From the NCBI GenBank assembly GCA_026395685.1, contig JAPLYG010000007.1, forward strand, positions 1 to 54,994: a stretch of 54,994 nt of DNA, read 5' to 3'. Origin of the DNA: Candidatus Parcubacteria bacterium (GTDB lineage Bacteria > Patescibacteriota > Patescibacteriia > CAIXNZ01). This document shows, piece by piece, positions 51,796-54,994 of the stretch (the first letter of the stretch is position 1; each line of letters opens with the position of its first letter). Made by a program: the position numbers and the translations under genes. Below the pieces are notes generated by a model, which was not told where the DNA came from, searched no databases, and was given only the letters and a program-made list of their open reading frames with translations.

Positions 51796-52806
51796 AATTT
51801 TGAAAATATTATTTCATTAGCCAATCTTTTGATTTCCTGGAAAGAATTTAAACGCGGCAAGACTAAAAATCCTGACGTGCAAAAATTTGCGATGTTTTTA
51901 GAAGATAACTTGTTTGAGCTACATCAGGAATTAGAACAGAAAACTTATAAGCATTCAAATTATACTGATTTTTACCTCAAAGATCCAAAATTGCGCCATA
52001 TCCATAAAGCCCAGGTTAGAGATAGGGTGTTGCATCACGCCATATATCGGATTTTATACCCCATTTTTGATAAGAGTTTTATTTACGACTCTTATTCTTG
52101 TCGCAATAAAAAAGGAACACATAATGCGGTTTTGAGATTAGAAAAGTTTTGCAGAAAAATCAGCAGTAATTATACAAAATCCTGTTATTGCTTGAAGTGT
52201 GATGTCAGGAAATACTTTGACACTATTGATCATAAAATACTTTTTAAGCTGATTAAAACGACAGTTAAGGACGAAAATGCTCTCTGGCTGATTAATGAAA
52301 TTATTTTTAGCTTTTATAAAGGTGGCAATCAGGGCAAAGGCTTGCCACTCGGTAATTTGACTTCCCAGCTTTTTGCCAATATCTATTTGAATGAATTGGA
52401 TAAATTCATTAAGCATCGTCTGAAAGCTAAATTTTACTTACGCTATACTGATGATTTTATTATAGTCCACCAAAATGAAATTTATCTTAAAAGATTAATC
52501 CCTGAAATAAGTGAGTTTTTAAAGCAAGAGCTGAAGTTGGATTTACATCCCCAAAAAGTTACAATCAGAAAAATAGGACAAGGCATAGATTTTCTGGGGT
52601 ATGTGGCTTTACCGCATTACAAAATATTGAGGACGAAAACGAAAAGACGGATTTTAAAAAAGTTAGAATTTCGGCGACAGCAGGCGGTTGCGGGCGAAAT
52701 TGCCGGTCAATCTTTTGAACAGGTCAGACAATCTTATCTTGGAGTTTTGAGCCATTGTTATTCTAACAAATTGCGGCAAGAATTGATGCATGAATTTAGC
52801 ATATAA
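51754..52806 (+). CDS. DGR reverse transcriptase
   Basis: RDRVLHHA, LKCDVRKYFDTIDH, GLPLGNLTSQLFANIYL (SQ motif), RYTDDF, IDFLGY; exact start uncertain. Confidence 0.95.
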   Translation: MDNSRRGESFSRDHNFENIISLANLLISWKEFKRGKTKNPDVQKFAMFLEDNLFELHQELEQKTYKHSNYTDFYLKDPKLRHIHKAQVRDRVLHHAIYRILYPIFDKSFIYDSYSCRNKKGTHNAVLRLEKFCRKISSNYTKSCYCLKCDVRKYFDTIDHKILFKLIKTTVKDENALWLINEIIFSFYKGGNQGKGLPLGNLTSQLFANIYLNELDKFIKHRLKAKFYLRYTDDFIIVHQNEIYLKRLIPEISEFLKQELKLDLHPQKVTIRKIGQGIDFLGYVALPHYKILRTKTKRRILKKLEFRRQQAVAGEIAGQSFEQVRQSYLGVLSHCYSNKLRQELMHEFSI

Positions 52807-53016
52807 TTACTTGAATAAAATCTTAATTTGTTGTAAGATTAAGTAAATTTAAAGTTCAAAGTTTAAAGTGCAAAGTTATGCCGCGAAGCGGCATCCCGCT
52901 TTGCGGGACAGTTATAGTTTAAAGTTTTTGAAGATTATTTTAAATAATTATTCCAAAATTTTTAATTTTACTATGTAACTTTAAATTTTGCATTTTGAAT
53001 TTTTAACTATAACGTT

Positions 53017-54994
53017 ATGAATCAATACGAACCATCACAAATCGAGCCCAAGTGGCAAAAATATTGGGCAGACAATAAATTACACCAGGCTGAAGATTTT
53101 TCCAAAAAGCCTAAGTTTTATTGTCTGATTGAGTTTCCTTATCCTTCAGCTGAAGGTCTGCATACTGGTCATCCGCGCTCATTCACGGCTTTGGATATTT
53201 TGGCGCGCAAAAGAAGAATGCAGGGTTTTAATGTTTTGTATCCTATTGGCTGGGATGCTTTTGGCTTGCCGGCTGAAAATTATGCGATTAAAACAGGGAC
53301 TCATCCCAAAGAAACAACTGCCAAAAATATTGCCAATTTCACCAGGCAGATAAAATCTCTGGGCTTATCTTTTGATTGGTCGCGTGAAATCAATACTACT
53401 GATCCTGAATATTATAAATGGACCCAATGGATATTCTTAAAATTATTTGAAAAAAATTTAGCCTATAAATCAAAAATGGATATAAACTGGTGCACCAAAT
53501 GCAATGTTGGTTTAGCCAATGAAGAAGTTGTCGCCGGCAAATGCGAACGCTGTGGCGGGGAAGTGATCCGCAAGGAGCGTGAGCAATGGATGATGAAAAT
53601 TACAGAATATGCTGATCGTTTAATCGCTGACCTGGATACTGTCGATTATCTGGAAAAAATTAAAAAGCAGCAGATTGACTGGATCGGTAAAAGTTATGGC
53701 GCCCAAGTGGTTTTTAAGGTGCACAGCAAACTGGCTTTAGCTGAAGATGCGCCTTACTTTTTCGCAGTTTATACCACTCGTCCCGACACTTTGTTTGGCT
53801 GTACTTATGCAGTAGTTGCGCCAGAACATGAATTGATTGAAAAATTCCGAGATCAAATTGATAATTATAATGAAGTGCTGGATTATAAAGAACAATCCAA
53901 GAGTAAATCAGAATTTGAACGAACTAATCTGGAAAAAACTAAATCCGGAGTGGAATTGGCAGGTCTTAAAGCCATCAATCCTGTTACCGGGGAAGAAATT
54001 CCGATTTTTGCTTCTGATTATGTGTTGGCGAGTTATGGCACGGGCGCAATTATGGCAGTACCGGCGCATGACCAGCGCGATTATGACTTTGCTAAAAAGT
54101 TTGATTTGAATATTAAGGAGGTGATTAGCGGGGGAGATATTAACAAAGAAGCCTGGACCGGTGATGGGGAATTGATTAATTCCGATTTTCTTAATGGATT
54201 GGACGTGGCCCAGGCAACTAGTAAAATGATTTCCTGGCTGGAACAGAAGGAAATGGGTTTTGGCACGGTTAATTATAAATTGCGCGACTGGGTTTTTTCC
54301 CGCCAAAGATATTGGGGAGAACCGATTCCGATTATTATTTGTCCTCATTGTGGCGAAGTGCCTGTGCCGGAAAAAGATTTGCCAATACTTTTACCGGAAA
54401 TTGAAAATTACCGGACTACGGAAACCGGTGACTCTCCATTGTCTTTAATTACAGAATGGGTAAATGTTCCTTGTCCCAAATGCGGGGAAGATGCCAAACG
54501 CGAAACAGATACAATGCCTCAGTGGGCAGGCTCATCCTGGTATTTCTTACGCTATATTGACCCTCATAATGACAAAGCTTTAGCTGATCCCAAAAAATTA
54601 AAATATTGGACACCGATTGACTGGTATAATGGCGGCATGGAACATACGACTTTGCATTTGCTATATTCACGCTTTTGGCATAAATTTTTATTTGATATCG
54701 GAGTTGTGCCGACTGCTGAGCCGTATGCGAAAAGAACTTCGCACGGTATGATTTTGGGTGAAGACGGCGAAAAGATGTCCAAGTCGCGAGGTAATGTAAT
54801 TAATCCTGATAAAGTGGTTGAAGAATTCGGAGCTGATTCATTCCGAGTCTATGAAATGTTTATGGGGCCGTTTGATCAGGTTACCCCCTGGAGCACACAG
54901 GGTTTGGTTGGCGTGCGAAGATTTCTTGACCGAGTCTGGCAAATCGGCAATAATCTGGATAAAAAGAAGCGGACCGCAGATGACGATCTGGTCA
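53017..54994 (+). CDS. leuS: Leucine--tRNA ligase (runs off window end)
   Basis: [59 protein letters not shown]; absent from ORF track because it lacks a stop. Confidence 0.96.
   Translation, partial: MNQYEPSQIEPKWQKYWADNKLHQAEDFSKKPKFYCLIEFPYPSAEGLHTGHPRSFTALDILARKRRMQGFNVLYPIGWDAFGLPAENYAIKTGTHPKETTAKNIANFTRQIKSLGLSFDWSREINTTDPEYYKWTQWIFLKLFEKNLAYKSKMDINWCTKCNVGLANEEVVAGKCERCGGEVIRKEREQWMMKITEYADRLIADLDTVDYLEKIKKQQIDWIGKSYGAQVVFKVHSKLALAEDAPYFFAVYTTRPDTLFGCTYAVVAPEHELIEKFRDQIDNYNEVLDYKEQSKSKSEFERTNLEKTKSGVELAGLKAINPVTGEEIPIFASDYVLASYGTGAIMAVPAHDQRDYDFAKKFDLNIKEVISGGDINKEAWTGDGELINSDFLNGLDVAQATSKMISWLEQKEMGFGTVNYKLRDWVFSRQRYWGEPIPIIICPHCGEVPVPEKDLPILLPEIENYRTTETGDSPLSLITEWVNVPCPKCGEDAKRETDTMPQWAGSSWYFLRYIDPHNDKALADPKKLKYWTPIDWYNGGMEHTTLHLLYSRFWHKFLFDIGVVPTAEPYAKRTSHGMILGEDGEKMSKSRGNVINPDKVVEEFGADSFRVYEMFMGPFDQVTPWSTQGLVGVRRFLDRVWQIGNNLDKKKRTADDDLV

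Larger units (their letters stand above)
50136..52806 (+). mobile_element. Diversity-generating retroelement (target-VR, TR, avd, RT)
   Basis: VR/TR pair with adenine-only mismatches, Avd and DGR-type RT all within 2.7 kb. Confidence 0.96.

Noticed and set aside
51754-52806. Group II intron or retron RT
   Set aside because: SQ motif, adjacent avd and TR/VR pair identify it as a DGR RT; no maturase or endonuclease domain
53129-54782. Short ORFs listed in the track at the right end
   Set aside because: All overlap the leuS frame starting at 53017
1-54994. Alternative genetic code (UGA=Gly)
   Set aside because: Conserved genes such as rbfA, nrnA and trxB end in TGA and core ORFs are intact under code 11

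Overview
Bacterial chromosomal window. The compact gene set, leaderless/SD-poor core genes and many orphan ORFs suggest Patescibacteria/CPR (Parcubacteria-like); this is inference. It is mostly housekeeping genes (rpsA, gyrA, rpmF, nusB, rnc, tRNA-Lys, tRNA-Arg, clpP, nrnA-like DHH, rbfA, rpoB, rpoC, HU, ymdB, rny, infB, trxA, trxB, partial leuS) interspersed with small promoter/RBS/orphan-ORF/terminator cassettes and several palindromic repeat families. Two accessory loci stand out. (1) A complete diversity-generating retroelement at 50.1-52.8 kb: target gene with VR, TR (116 nt, 17 mismatches, all at TR adenines), an antisense avd and an SQ-motif reverse transcriptase. (2) An unexplained island after rpoC (36.9-41.1 kb): three tandem sigma70 promoters, a multi-branched structured RNA leader, a 42-aa ORF, two GC-rich paralogous double zinc-ribbon proteins, and a ~1.48-kb densely structured transcription unit with no convincing ORF and its own promoter and terminator. 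I do not recognise that unit as any known RNA class, and it is the best candidate for an undescribed system (a giant ncRNA with possible protein partners). A 6S-like RNA upstream of rny and a second ncRNA candidate downstream of clpP are also noted.
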